Assembly (NCBI RefSeq): GCF_006345805.1
Contig: NC_043008.1
Span: 53,010,001-53,074,000, forward strand
Source: Octopus sinensis
Taxonomy: Eukaryota
Direction: 5' to 3'
Length of the DNA stretch: 64,000 bases
Shown: one piece after another, positions 37,158 through 51,339 of the stretch
How the letters are laid out: each line of letters begins with the position of its first letter
How positions within the stretch are numbered: position 1 is the first letter of the stretch
Position numbers and translations under genes: made by a program
Notes under the pieces: generated by a model
Told to the model about the DNA's origin: nothing
Databases searched by the model: none
Seen by the model: the letters and a program-made list of their open reading frames with translations, nothing else

Positions 37158-37931
37158 TTCTAAACACTACATTGTATGACCTTACGTTAGATGTAGGATA
37201 ATTATGTTAGATGTACTACCAAAGGTATGTACTACATTTTGTATGACTGTTAATGAAAATACACTGCAAATACACTGCATCACTCTATAACCTACAGACA
37301 TATATGTAACAGACTGATATACAAAAACTATCGTAATTTGTATATCTTTATATACTCAGGCCTGACGTTAGATATACGGTAACTCCGACCTATGTCTTAC
37401 TAAAGATAACATGCTACATATATATTACAGATTAAGAATTAAAATACACTTCATCACATATAACCTATTTTACAATACCACATACGTCATAAAGATATGA
37501 GTGAGATACAGAGATATAAGATCGTTGGAAGTCCTATATATATATCGTGACCTTACGCAAGATACTCTATATATTCTATATATGCAATCATATATGATGT
37601 TCACAATGTGTGCCACATATTTTTACGATTTATAAGCCGGATGTTCTATAGCTTTTGCTTAGAAGCATCTAATTATTGTTGTTTGATTTTATTAAAGGCG
37701 TACTTAGTTTTGAGTAAAGAGAATCGAGGGATTATCTCCTTCTCGCCTCCTTTCCCCCATATTTACTAACATTTAAATTTAAGTGCTTTGTTTTATACTT
37801 TCTTCCTTATCTCATAACTAAGACGCGGATTTTAATGCAATTTTACCATTACCACCTGTACAGATTATGTAAATTCATGCAGTTAGCCCACTTGATTTAA
37901 TACATCGGTAAGCTGTTTACTTTATATAATA

Positions 37932-37962
<31 letters not shown>

Positions 37963-37973
37963 AATATATATAC

Positions 37974-38025
<52 letters not shown>

Positions 38026-38274
38026 GTCATGAAATGCTCGAAATACGGATCAGAAAAAACAGCCAACAACTGATGAAGGGTCGTTCTTTGCGTTGTTTGT
38101 CTTGTTTCCCATTTGTTTCTGTCTTTGCGGTCGCAAAATAAAAGTTAATATTCCATGTCCCCGTATTCAATTTTCTTGTTGTACGTTTTGTGACGTCCTG
38201 TGCCCACATAGCATATGTATATACGCATACATGTAAATATGTAAATATACGTATGTATATATGCATATATATAT

Positions 38275-38316
<42 letters not shown>

Positions 38317-38383
38317 TATTAGGGAAGTTATTTCCGAGTCCACAAGGGAGAGAAGTTAATTTAGTGGTACTAAAATGAAATAC

Positions 38384-38489
<106 letters not shown>

Positions 38490-38520
38490 GATGAAAAGGA
38501 ACACACAAGTTGATATATAA

Positions 38521-38757
38521 GAAAAAACAAGTCAGGATAGAAAATGACATTTTCTTTGTTACTGCCTATCAGAAACAAGGAAAATGCCACTTATATTTGA
38601 ACACTATACAAATATTCTTTAAAAAAATCTTTCCTTTTAATTTTTCTAAATTTAATTATTTAATTGTTACAGTTGAAAAAGTCTCAATGAATGAAACTGG
38701 TACTGAAATGTTCTTTATAAAATTATTTTAGCATTTTCTATCCTGACTTGTTTTTTC
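38521..38757. mobile_element. MITE-like element with perfect 26-bp inverted repeats
   Basis: GAAAAAACAAGTCAGGATAGAAAATG (38521-38546) and CATTTTCTATCCTGACTTGTTTTTTC (38732-38757); no clear TSD. Confidence 0.55.
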
Positions 38758-38791
38758 ATATTTTTATAAGAATGCCATATTAGTATGGCGA

Positions 38792-38832
<41 letters not shown>

Positions 38833-38965
38833 TTCAAAGAAGCGTTGAGATGTCTTAGAAAGTTAAAGAAGGGATTTTAAATTCTCAAACGCAGTATAAT
38901 GCTAATAGTATAGTCTGAACAGGATAAGCTAGTCCTATTTTGCAGAAAAAAGTGTTGGCGGCCGG

Positions 38966-39008
<43 letters not shown>

Positions 39009-39979
39009 GAGGCATACATACGACAAGCTTCTACACCGTCTCTGTCTACCAGATTCTTTCACAAGGCATTGGTCAGCCTGAGGATACAGCAGAAGATACT
39101 TGACACGCGGTAGAACTGAACTTGAAACCACGTAGTTTGCAAAAGAGCAAGCTCACTCTAAGAAGCATCTCAAGTTTGGTCTCCTCATCCCCATTGCTGA
39201 TGATGCTTGATATCGCTCCTCAGTCCTGCGAGGGGGCCTACCCACAACCCATTCCGTACTTACCAAATATCAGCCCAGCAGCATGGTATCGACCTGAAGG
39301 TGGATCCTCGTCGTTCGTCGACGAAGTTTCAGACTTTCTATCAACCGAATTAATCTGACAGAACATGGCCCTTCTCTACTAAGTTTAGGTTAATAAAATC
39401 AGGTCATACTTACGGATAACCCATTCTTGCAAGGGACCCGTTTATTCGCCTGGGCACACCGACTTTAAGGCATACACCACTGCAGATCAGTCAATGATTA
39501 TGAATCTTGGCAGTCGATCGACCCACTAGAATCAACAGCCAAATGTCCCTTAAATTAGACACTACCATTTGCTTTTTTTTTTAAAAAAAAAAGCAAGCTT
39601 GTGCACATTAGATAATGTAGTCCTTGATGTACTGTGCTTAAGAGGAAAACGGCATAATCAATGGCATAGGTTGAGAGCTTATCACAAGATTGTCTGGTCT
39701 ATATGGCCGACATGCGCTGAAACAGCAACAGCAGCAACAACAAATACATCTTATAAGAAGACATAAAGCTAGCGAGAGATACAGAGAGAGAGAGAGGTGG
39801 GGTGAGAAAGAGAGAGAGAGAGAGAGGGAGGGAGAGAGAGATTTCCATTGAGGATTTATCAAGCGGTAACCATAGTGACTGAAGCATCTTTCTATTGCTG
39901 CTTCTCTTATGGCTAATAAGCAAGAACGCTGCTGACGCTGCGAATATTATTACACCACTGCTCCTCCCAAACACTTATG

Positions 39980-39981
39980 AA

Positions 39982-40018
<37 letters not shown>

Positions 40019-40392
40019 TTACTACCACCACCACCACCACCACTACTACTACTACTACCACCACCACCACCACCACCACCACCACTACTACTACTACTAC
40101 TACTGCTACTACTACTACTACTACTACTACCACCATTACTACCACCACCACCACACACTACTACTACTACCACCACCACCCACCACCAACACCACCACTA
40201 CACTACTACTACTACTGCTACTACTACTATACTACTACTACCACCATTACTACCACCACCACCACCACCACCACCACTACTACTACTACTACCACCAAAA
40301 CCACCACCACCACCACCACTACTACTACTACTACTGCTACTACTACTACCACTACTACTACCACCACCACCATCACCACCAAAACCACCACC

Positions 40393-40462
<70 letters not shown>

Positions 40463-40472
40463 ATACTACTAC

Positions 40473-40531
<59 letters not shown>

Positions 40532-40555
40532 ATACTACTAATACTACTAATACTA
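39980..40555. repeat. Compound (ACT/ACC/AAT)n trinucleotide array
   Basis: Directly visible; explains the poly-T/poly-L/poly-V ORFs. Confidence 0.95.
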
Positions 40556-41342
40556 CAAACAGAGGCCATAAATTGTACTTTTGCAAACTTGCTATTAATA
40601 TTAATGTTCAAGATAAACATCCAAGCATTTCGTATGTACGCGAGTTTATGCGTGTGTATCCGTGTGTGTACGTGTACGTGTGTGTGTGTGTGTATCCGTG
40701 TGTGTATGTGTACGTGTGTGTGTGTGTGTGTGTGTATCCGTGTGTGTGTGTGTGTGTGTGTATGAGAGACAGAGGAAGAGATAGACAGACCGACAGACAG
40801 ACAGACTAACGGACGGACGGGCGGACGGACGGACAGACATATTTATATATCCATTACACTCACATATAAACTCACACTTCCATATCTGTCTCTCTACCTC
40901 GGTACCAACCAATACATATACATACACACACACACACACACATATATTATATATATATAATGCATGTTTATATGTGTGTATATATGAGCTGATGAGTTGT
41001 TGCTCTAAAAAGTGTAATTAGTTCATAAAAGTGTATAAATGCGTGCGTGTATATCTCTGTGTGTATATGTGTATTGCTAGTACTACTGCCACCACCACCA
41101 CCACCACCACCACCACCACCATCACCATCACCATCACCAATAACGAGAGTACATAACTGAATATACATGTAATATATACTTATGCTTTTTAAAAATTTTT
41201 GTAACTAGCACTTTGAGACTTTGAAGACGTAGAAACAGACTGTTTTGTTATCTCCTTCACGGGCAGGAAAAAAGATATTGACTTAATCTGATTTCGAACC
41301 TAGTTACATTCATCTTCCCGACCTCTTCTGCTAACGAAGATG

Positions 41343-41742
41343 CTCTTTTACTCTTTTACTCTTTTACTTGTTTCAGTCATGTGACTGTGGCCATGCTGGA
41401 GCACCGCCTTTAGTCGATCAAATCGACCCCAGGTCTTATTCTTTGTAAGCCCAGTACTTATTCTATCGGTCTCTTTTTGCCGAACCGCTAAGTTACGGGG
41501 ACGTAAACACACCAGCATCGGTTGTCAAGCGATGTTGGGGGGACAAACACAGACACACAAACACGCACATACACATATATATATATATACATATATACGA
41601 CGGGCTTCTTTCAGTTTCCGTCTACCAAATCCACTCACAAGGCTTTGGTCAGCCCGAGGCTATAGTAGAAGACACTTACCCAAGATGCCACGCATGTGGT
41701 TCGTAAGCAAGCTACTTACCACACTACCACTCCTGCGCCTAT
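41343..41742 (-). mobile_element. Family-C SINE lacking the B-box segment; further copies at ~45856-46306, 52274-52735, 53205-53620, 57279-57598, 60441-60856 (all -) and 60919-61121 (+)
   Basis: (ACTCTTTT)n tail and family-C body; reads CCACGCA|TGTGGTT where other copies have CCACGCAGTGGGACTGAACCCGGAACCATGTGGTT. Confidence 0.85.
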
Positions 41743-42344
41743 ATATATATGTATCTTATTACTATATATATAGCCTATGATTCTCCTGCCTTCGGTAGGT
41801 CATTTCTGATTTGCATAATTAATGATTGACTAGTCGTTAAGTCCATTTATTGAATGCTATATTCGTTAAAGAACGTGTATGGAGAATTTAAAAATGAGCA
41901 GAAATGGATGTCTGAGTGCTGAAGGAAACCCAGCCAGGTTCAAAAGCAGTCCAAGCTAATTCCTCTGTTCTTTTTTTTTATTTTTTTTCCTACGAATAAA
42001 TAGCATCAGACATTCGTTGTAGAATATTTACCAACTCCCAGTGTCGGCTGAAGGCATTTACGTTGATACAAATCCAATATCTATTTCTTTATAGCCCACA
42101 GGGGGCTAAACATAGAAGGGACAAACAAGGACAGACAAACGGATTAAGTCGATTACATCGACCCATGTGCGTAGCTGGTACTTATTTAATCGACCCCGAA
42201 AAGGAGGAAAGGCAAAGTCAACCTCGACGGAATTCGAACTCAGAAAGATAGCGGCTGACGAAATATCGCTTAGCATCTCGCCCGGCGTTTTAACGATTCT
42301 GTCAGCTCGCCGCCATTACACACACACACACACACACACACACA

Positions 42345-42503
42345 TGAGGGGTGCTGAAAAGTCCTCGGCTTTACGGTTATTGCGAAAGGCCTGACTGGAG
42401 GCCCAAGCTTCCGAATTCCTTTAGAGGACTTAGAAAATCTGAGGGACCACTGCACTAAGTGTGTGAATCTGAGAGGGAAATATGTTGCATAAAATCGTAA
42501 TTT
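42345..42503 (+). mobile_element. Internally deleted mariner-like element with a transposase C-terminal remnant
   Basis: 5' TGAGGGGTGCTGAAAAGT resembles mariner TIRs. 42445-42492 translates to DHCTKCVNLRGKYVA*, similar to the mariner C-terminus (RWxKCxxxxGxYVE*). Confidence 0.7.
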
Positions 42504-42520
42504 ACTATATATATATATAT

Positions 42521-42810
42521 ATCATCATCATCATCATCATCATTTAACGTCTGTCAATTATGCTGGCATGGGTTTGACTATTTGACATGAGCTAGGCAAA
42601 CCAAAAGGTTGCACTGCCATTATCTGCTTGGACATGGTTTCTACTGCTTGATACCCTTCATAATGTCTGCCACTGAAAAAATGTACCGGGTGCTTTCTTA
42701 CGTGACACCAGCACCGGTGCTTTTTACGTGGCACCAGCATCAGCGGGATCGCCAAGTAACTTGCGACACGAAGACTTCTCTGAGACGGGAGAAGGTGGCT
42801 TTATGCTAAT
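42521..42810 (-). mobile_element. SINE/LINE 3' portion with (ATG)n tail (family F)
   Basis: (CAT)n followed by TTAACGTC...ATGCTGGCATGGG and duplicated GTGCTTTTTACGTG(G/A)CACCAGCA. Confidence 0.6.
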
Positions 42811-43224
42811 TGAGAGTTTAAAGTATAATAGAGGGATAGAAAGATGTCTTACTATTGAGAAGATATTTGGCTTCTCCAATTGGAAAAGATAGATGAAGGA
42901 GAGATAGAGGGAAAGAGAAAGAAAGACAGTGTGACACACATACACACACACACACATGTACATATAAGGAGCAAATATTCAGGAGTGAATATTTATATGG
43001 ATATTATTATTGTTATTATTATCAAGGGTTATATAAATAGTTGATAATAACAACAATAAGTGGTTGCAGGTCTAAAATAGCATTATATAGCTACAGAATC
43101 AAAATTTATATCAATCATAAGGGCATTTTCTCTCGTAATTTTCAGTGTTATTTTTGGTGGTTCAAATGAGAATTTTAACTCTTATTTCTAGCAGGCAGGG
43201 GCATTTGTGTGCCCTTATGACTGA

Positions 43225-43619
43225 TATATATATATATATAAAGCTGAAGTTGTCTGTGTATGGCAGGTTTGGTAGCCTTCAACTAACACTATCTCCTCCA
43301 AGACCCTGTGGCACAAGTTGACCAAAATTGAGAGTATGATAGAAGAAGGCTTGCTCTTCCTTCCGTAGAAGAAAAAATTCAAATCTGACCATGTTAAGAC
43401 CAAAAATTATTTACATCAAAAAGGTTCTTTATTTCAATGAAAATCCCGATTTTTTACGATTTTTTGACTGCTGTGTCGCCATTTTTCGGTGTATTTCAAC
43501 CAGAAAAATGTTCACTTAAAGAGAATAACAAGCTACATAATGCAAAACTTTTTACTTTTCAAAAATTCCAATTCTAAAGGGTTGAAACAAACCCGAGCAA
43601 CGCCGGGCGATACTGCTAG
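43225..43619 (+). mobile_element. Non-autonomous Helitron-like element
   Basis: 5' TATATAAAGCTGAAGTTGT; 3' ACCCGAGCAACGCCGGGCGATACTGCTAG|T, the same termini as 19360-19666. Confidence 0.72.
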
Positions 43620-43958
43620 TATATATATATAGTCTATGTATATATTTGCAGCCAATGATTTTGCAGAGACATGCATACAAGTTCGTTTCTCCTGTATAGT
43701 CAGAACCACACATATGTTCCTCCATTCATATACATTCATATATGAGTGTGTGTGTCTACATGTTTGTTTATGTGTAAATATTTATATATACATACATACA
43801 TACATATACATATTTATTTATACTCACATATATACATACGTGTATGAATGTATATGTGTGTGTGTACGATTATATTTATGTATACAGATACAGACATATC
43901 TGTGTATGTATGTATGTGTGTGTGTCCATGTCTCTGTGCCTGCGTGTGTATGCGTGTA

Positions 43959-43989
<31 letters not shown>

Positions 43990-46099
43990 TGTGTGTGTGT
44001 ATCTGTCTGTATGTAAACGTCTACGTTCTAATTCAGAGATAATGCGGGCGTCATATTTCCCTCTTTATGGTTTCTTATTCCCTGTTCCTTTCGTCTGCCA
44101 GAAATCTTACGGAATGCCTTAACACTAGAACAGCTGTACTGATAATAGCGCTGGTGGAGGTGTTGTCGTTGTTGTCGGTGGAGGCGGTGGTACTGGTGGT
44201 GATAGTTGCTAATGTGGTGGTGGTGGTGGTGGTGGTGGTGGTGGTGGTGGTGGTGGTGGTTCCTTAGTAAGTACAGCTATTGGTACTGCTCCGATTATTT
44301 CGTCAGTAGTTACCGTGGTAAGCTCAATAAACGCGTTCTTATGTCTCTTCTTTTCTTTTACTTCTTCGGGAGCGGCGAAAAGAAAGGAAAATCTCAAGGA
44401 GAAGACATGTTTCTTTTTTTTTTTTTATCTAATTACGTAATATCAGTAAACGAAGGAAGATTCAGTGCAATTTATTCAAAGAATGTCGTTGTTGTTGTTC
44501 TTGTTGATGCAGTTGTTATTTAGGATGGTGGTAGCGGCGGCGTCGGCGGCGGCGGCGGCGTCGGCGGCGGCGGCGGCGGCGGTGGTGGTGGTGGTGGTGG
44601 TGGTGGTGGTGGTGGTGGTGGTGCTTACAACACTCATGTAGTTAACTTTTATTAAGATATATTTCCGACCAAAAGCGTTCCAACCACGGCCATCTCGTCT
44701 TGTTTAAGCATAGTTCGTGTACAGGGTCTCCGATACAGAAATATCGGAAAGCGAGCCATGACTACATTCGAACCGTTATGGCAGGTGTCCGCGACACAAT
44801 TCAAAATCGTTGGGAGGTCTTGGCTTACGTAATTAGAAAAAAAAACGTGTCTCCGAAATAGATGACATCCAGTTTACATGCTACTTAACTCATAGTTGAG
44901 ATCCTAACAGGTGCTACAACTCTGGGCCAGAACACACCTGGGAACAACAGTGGTTAAGAAGTGGTTCCCAACTTCTCAAAACTCTGGAACACCTGGATCA
45001 GGGCCCTTCTAGTGGATGCAGTTTGGACTCATACCCCATTTCGGCAGATGAACTCATTGAATCATTGGCGAACATCACTCGATGTTGAGTGGATGAACAG
45101 ACAACAAACTGTCAACGGCCACGATCAACCAATTCAGTCAGCGACCTACTCTTATCAACTTATTTCTTTATTGCCCACTAGGGGCTAAACATAGAGGGGA
45201 TAAACAAGGACAGACAAACGGATTAAGTCGATTATATCGGCCCCAGTGCGTAACTGGTACTTATTTAATCGACACCGAAAGAATGAAAGGCAAAGACGAC
45301 CTCGGCGGAATTTGAACTCGAAACGTAACGGCAGACGAAATACCGCTAAGCATTTCGCCCGGCGTGCTAACGTTTCTGCCAGCTCGCCTACTCTGTAGTC
45401 ACGGTGTGCATAGATGAGATATTTCAGCAAACGAAGGACATGTGATTGAAACCAAGACCAGACATTCATGGCTCGTCCCTCGATCGTGGGATAACAACCG
45501 AGGAAGAGTTACATTGGTCGGGGCAAGTCACCCGACCCGGGCAGATGGATTAAAAACAAAACACATTTGACTTCTTAAATACAAATTTACAAAAGCTATC
45601 TTCCCACCACTTTCTTTCTGGCCACAATCTATCAAGAAAAATCTCAACTCGATAATTCTCAAGTGGTTGCATTCAATTTCATCAATGGATTTAATTGATC
45701 AATTCATCTTCAGTTGTTTGCACTGTTTCCAGTATAAATCTGGTCTTTTTTATTTGTTATCGCCAATATTTTATACTTGTTCGTAATAAACTGTGTGTGT
45801 CTGTATATTTAGAAAACAGATCAAGGTGATACTCTGTATGTTATGTATTTCGCTATACTCTTTACTCTTTTACTCTTTTACTTGTTTCAGTCATTTGACT
45901 GTGGCCATACTGGAGCACCGCCTTTAGTCGAGCAAATCGACCCCAGGGCTTATTCTTTAGAAGCCTAGTACTTATTCTATCGGTCTCTTTTGCCGAACCG
46001 CTAAGTTACGGGGGCAACATAGAATCGGTTGTTAAGCGATGTTGGGAGGACAAATACAGACACATAACATACACACACACACACACACATACACATATA

Positions 46100-46134
<35 letters not shown>

Positions 46135-47244
46135 GCGTATATACGACGGGCTTCTTTCAGTTTCCGTCTACCAAATCCACTCCCAAGGCTTTGGTCGGTC
46201 CGAGGTTATAGTAGAAGACACTTGCCCAAGGTGCCATGCAGTGGGAATGAATCCGGAACCATGTGGTTGATAAGCAAGCTACTTACCGCACAGCCACTCC
46301 AGCGCCGAAACTGTATAATTAGTTTGAAATTTTTGCAGAACGAGGCCAGCACATTCGAGGAAGGAAATAAGTTGATTACATCGCCCCCCCCCCCAGTGTT
46401 CAGCTGGTGCTTATTTTATCGACCTCATAAGGATGAAAGTCAAAGTCGACCCTGGTGGAATTTGAACTCAGAACATACAGACAGACGAAATGCTGTTGAG
46501 CATTTTGACCGGTTGCTATTCTGCCATCGCGTTTCCTTACTGCATAATTACGTGATCACGTTTATCGAACATTTTTAAGTAAAGCATCCATTGTTTGGAA
46601 ATGGTTTACAGTCACCAGTTCACTTTTCTTAAATTAATATTCGACTCAAATTTAATCACCAATACTTTTTTTTTTTTATAGAAGTAGCTTAGTCTGAATT
46701 AGGATTCAAATATTCGGGCGGATAATCAGCCCAATCTTGTGGTTCTCCCATTCTCAAAGTGACAGGTAGCAGCTCCGCCTCGAAACCAAAAACGTTACTG
46801 AATTTCTTTGTCTACCTCCTCTTTAATAATGATTTTTGAGTTAAGCACGAGGTACTTAGTCGTCACCACCGACCATAGTATTACATTTTATTAATTACAT
46901 TACTCTCTCTCTCTCTCTCTCTCTCTCTCCCTTTCATTCATTCTCTTTCTCCCAAACACACAAGCGTACACGCACACGCATATGACATACATTATTTAGC
47001 TCGACGGTCAAAATGCGTAGCATCATTTCATCTCTCTTTGGGTTCTGAACTCCATTTCTGCCGAGTCGACTTCACCTTTCATCCTTGCGGGGTCAAGGAA
47101 ATAAGTCTCACGGTCGATAAATAAAGTGTACTGGGGTCGACGTAATCGACTTAACGCTTCCCCCAAAACTCCAGCCCTTGTGCTTATAGTAGAAAGGATT
47201 ATCATTATTATTATTATCATTAGTAACAGTAGTAGTATTAGTAT

Positions 47245-47294
<50 letters not shown>

Positions 47295-47389
47295 TTTACT
47301 TCTATCTGATACCCTGTTTCTTGTCTTACAAGTCGAACATTGGCTTTACCTTTTTGTATCTTATTGCTAATGACACACACACACACACG

Positions 47390-47432
<43 letters not shown>

Positions 47433-48130
47433 TGTACTTATGTGTGTATATATAAATATATATCTATGTGTGTGTGTGTATATATGTATATATATACATA
47501 TACATATGTATACACATATATACACACACATACATACATACATAAGTACGTACCTCTGTGTGTGTTTGTGTGTGTGTGTGTGTGAAAGTATACTTTCATA
47601 GAAAAACAGGTTTTTTTGGCCTTTACACATAATGACCAATTCTATGAAAAGATGGACAGAAAGCTCCACGGCGTTGTAACCCTTCGGTGATTATTCTCAA
47701 TGGCGATTGTAACATTACAAACGAACAACGATACAATCTCTGTCCAAAACAAAAAGAGAAAAAAAAAATAACATAGAATGGATGCGGTCACTTAGATTGT
47801 TAGAAATAACAGCCAAATATCTCTCAAACCACAGAGTACCATAAATATTCTGCAGAAGAGCCAACTCGACCGGTAGTCTTCGATACTCAGAATCGCTCTA
47901 AGGGAAAATGTTCAGTTCTATATTTAAGAGATGAGGAATTATGTACATTATTTACATTATTTACATTATTTACCCTCTCTTCAACAAAGACAAAAAATGC
48001 TGGCCTTGTGCCAAAATTTGACAGCATTTTTATTATTCCAAATTAAAAACTTACTGTATTATATTATTATTTAATTTATTTTTTCTAGCTTCAAGAAAAA
48101 TAAATGTTTCTGAAAGCAAACCCAAACTTT

Positions 48131-48650
48131 AACCGCAATCTCCACCATCTTGCACACACCGCAAACTCCGCCATCTTGCGCACACCGCCATCCTCGCCAT
48201 CTTGCACACACCACCATCTCCGCCATCTTGCACACACCACCATCTCCGCCATCTTGCGCACACCACCATCTCCGCCATCTCGCACACACCGCAATCTCCG
48301 CCATCTTGCGCACACCACCATCTCCGCCATCTTGCGCACACCGCAATCTCCGCCATCTTGCGCATACCACCATCCCCACCATCTTGCATACACCGCAATC
48401 TCCGCCAACTTGCACACACCACAATCTCCGCCATCTTGCACACACCGCAACTCCGCCGTCTCGCACACACTGCAATCTCCGCCATCTTGCACACACCGCA
48501 ATCTCTGTCGTCTTGCACACACGGCGATCTCCGCCACTTTGCACAGACCACCATCTCCGCCATCTTGCACACATCGCAATCCCCGCCATCTTGCACACAC
48601 CGCAATCTCCGCCATCTCCACAATCTCCGCCATCTTACACACCACCACAA
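48131..48650. repeat. 26-bp minisatellite, ~20 units, (ACCGCAATCTCCGCCATCTTGCACAC / ACCACCATCTCCGCCATCTTGCACAC)n
   Basis: Directly visible; generates the overlapping repetitive ORFs at 48071-48721. Confidence 0.95.
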
Positions 48651-49380
48651 CCCTTCGCTACCTTACATATCCCCATTTACTCGACATTAAAGTCCTCTAT
48701 GATTCTGATTCGTTGAGATAATTTAGTCAGACTTCATATATATGTTTACAGGAATCAACACGTATTTACGTTACCAAATAGATCTCCATCCATATTTATT
48801 TATTTATATATTAATTTCTTCATATGTATATATATATATTTATTTATTTTTCTTATATATTTTATTCTATTTTGTTTATTAGCTGAGTCTTTTTTGTTGT
48901 TTTTGTTTTTTTTTTTTCGAAAGTGAAAGTAAACTCTGTAGCTTTGGAAAGGAAATTGATATTTTTTTTTTGTTTAGATTTTGTTGTTTATTCTTGGTTT
49001 AGTTTTGTTTTTCTTTTCTTGGCTTTTTCTTTTATTTATTATTTTTTTTTTTTGCCTTTTTTTTTCGTTTGCTGATCCTGAATTAGTGAAATTATTCTTG
49101 GAACACCAACAGAGAATCAAAGCGGATGGCGTAACCAATATTCTGAAAGAAAACATATAAGAACTTAGAATATAAACGGGAGGAGAAGGCGGAGGAGAAA
49201 AAAAAAACAAGTTATATTATCAAAGTTCTTTGCAATGAACACCACGTGATGATGAGTTTAGATAGAAGAATGCGTATGTGCGTGTATATATATATATATA
49301 TATATAATATATATATATACACACAAAATATACACATAAACATATATATTTATATGTGTGTGTGTTTATATATGTGTGTG

Positions 49381-49432
<52 letters not shown>

Positions 49433-51286
49433 GAGACAACATACAGAGACAGACAGAGACAGACAGACAGACAGACGCAATCTTCCCTGAATGGTGGAGA
49501 ATATTTGCTTTCCGACCACGTTGTTTCGTATCATGCCCAACTGGATGCTGTACGAGATTTTGGCAGGTCTTTCCTCTTATTATCTCAGACCGAATAAAAC
49601 CTTGTAAGAGGACTTGAGAAATGGAAACTGAAACGAAGCGTCGCATATATGTGTATCTGTGTATGTGTCTGTCTGTGTGTATAAGTGTGCGTGTGTGTGT
49701 GCGTACGTGTGCGTATGCGTGTTTCTGTTCGTCCGTCGCGTAATAGTCGTAAGCAAGCGTCACCATTATACAAGCGGTGTCCTTCATTTCCAGACGGATG
49801 TAAAAACATATCCGGCCGTGAGGAAATATTAATTTGCTTGGGAACAGACGAGGCTTGACAGCAGGAAGAGCATATAAAGCACTACACGTTGTTTTACGTT
49901 ATACCGAAATGTAATGTAAAGATATAATGTTTCAATTTTTTAAAAAATAAACATCCAATTTTAGCCTCGTTCTAAAGTTTAAAAGAAGGTTTACTTTGGC
50001 AATAAAAAGTGAAATCGATCTGGCTAGTTTCTAGTATTGTTGTAGCTTTATCAGGGATAGATTATACCTAACCCCCAGTCTTCAGAGAGATTAGTAGCGT
50101 AAAGTTACTTATAGTGAATAGAAACTCGGACATCGCTAAACTTGTTGGTATAGTTTATATGACATAGGATTATCTAATAACGAGGTTAATTAATTAATTC
50201 TTATAGTAATTCCTTCTTTCTTTTGCGTGGTTCATGTCTTATAATTCGTCATAATGGCGCATTTCCTTCTTGCATGGTGCAGTACGATTTGCATGATACA
50301 GCAAGCAAATTTTTTCAGCAGAGTGGTAACGATTGGAACACCTTAAGAAACGGATCTGCTCAACCATAGCTGGCGTAATTTGAACGACGTAATTGGGCCT
50401 CGGCTGGGACGCCTTTGATTGTAGGTTTAATCGATGTGGTCTGACCTGGGTTTAAACAACAGCGAGATGAGCCACTAGTTGAAACGAGAACTAGAAAGAG
50501 AATTGAGCATTACGAATGACAGACGTGGTAAACACGAAATCAAAGACATAGTCTTTGGTGACGCTACATTGCTAATAAATAAATATAAATTTGCTTCTTT
50601 TCTGCTTGGTCTGTCAATGAAGTTCTTCACTAGAGCGAACGAGAAGTTAAGATAGAAGTATTCCTTTAATATGAAAGGTCAAATAAATGTTTCTCTCTCT
50701 CTTTCTCTTGCTTTCTTTCTCTCTCTCTCACCCTCTCTCTCTTTCTCTCTTCCTCTTTCAATTTCACTAGAAAGCCTTGGTTTTCTTTATCACAGCTTAG
50801 AGTCCGCATTCAGGTAGAAAGTATGTAGGTGTGTATCTGTAAATAAATACCAAGACACGCGCACATCCGTGTGTGCTTGTGAGTGTGTGTGAGTGTGTGT
50901 ATTTGTATATGTTTCTGTGCGTTGTGTTGGTAATAGCAAAAAGCAGGGGGGCCAGCAAAGTGGTCGATATTGTCCTCTACGGATCTACGTAGCTATTCCA
51001 GGGGTCAGTACTTGAAACGAACTTCGAGCATAAACGGTGCCGAATTACTACGAATATGATACAACAGCTTCAGATTTTGGCACAAGGCCAGCAACTTCAG
51101 GGAAGGGATTAATTCGATTACATCGACCCCAGTGCTCAACTGGTACCTAATTTATCGACCCCGAAAGGATGAAAGGCAAAGTCGACCACGGTGGAATACA
51201 TCCACTGGTCTTCAAAAATAGTATTCCACAGAAATTAGGTAAATAATCCTTCGAACAGTCGGTCAGCAACGACACCTGCAGGGTTC

Positions 51287-51339
51287 GGCTACTCCACATT
51301 GATAAGAGGCAACCACCTCGAAACTAGTCTGTGGATGCC
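51287..51339 (+). ncRNA. Minimal type I hammerhead ribozyme, U3:A8 covariant core, all stems perfect
   Basis: TCCACA / TTGATAA / GAGG-CAACCA-CCTC / GAAAC-TA-GTC / TGTGGA. Stem I is 6 bp plus GGC/GCC beyond an internal loop, stem II is 4 bp, stem III is palindromic ACTAGT, and GUC cleavage is predicted after 51329. Confidence 0.85.

Noticed and set aside
38025-38090. CTGATGA and GAAATAC near-motifs; similar near-misses at ~5987 (-), ~40990, ~53031, ~55551 and ~58850
   Set aside because: Order, stems or core nucleotides do not fit; they could be very old relics but are indistinguishable from chance by eye.
39256-39310. Loose resemblance to the U1 snRNA 5' end (TACTTACC...CATG...GAAGGTGG)
   Set aside because: Only short scattered matches, with no U1 stem-loops or Sm site downstream.
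39122-39358. + strand ORF considered as SK exon 2
   Set aside because: It lacks the S2 signature (LKxLISxST...LLGL...YH) and begins inside a SINE fragment.
48071-48721. Long overlapping Cys/Trp- or His/Pro-rich ORFs on both strands
   Set aside because: They are products of the stop-free 26-bp minisatellite; there are no splice signals or unique coding flanks.
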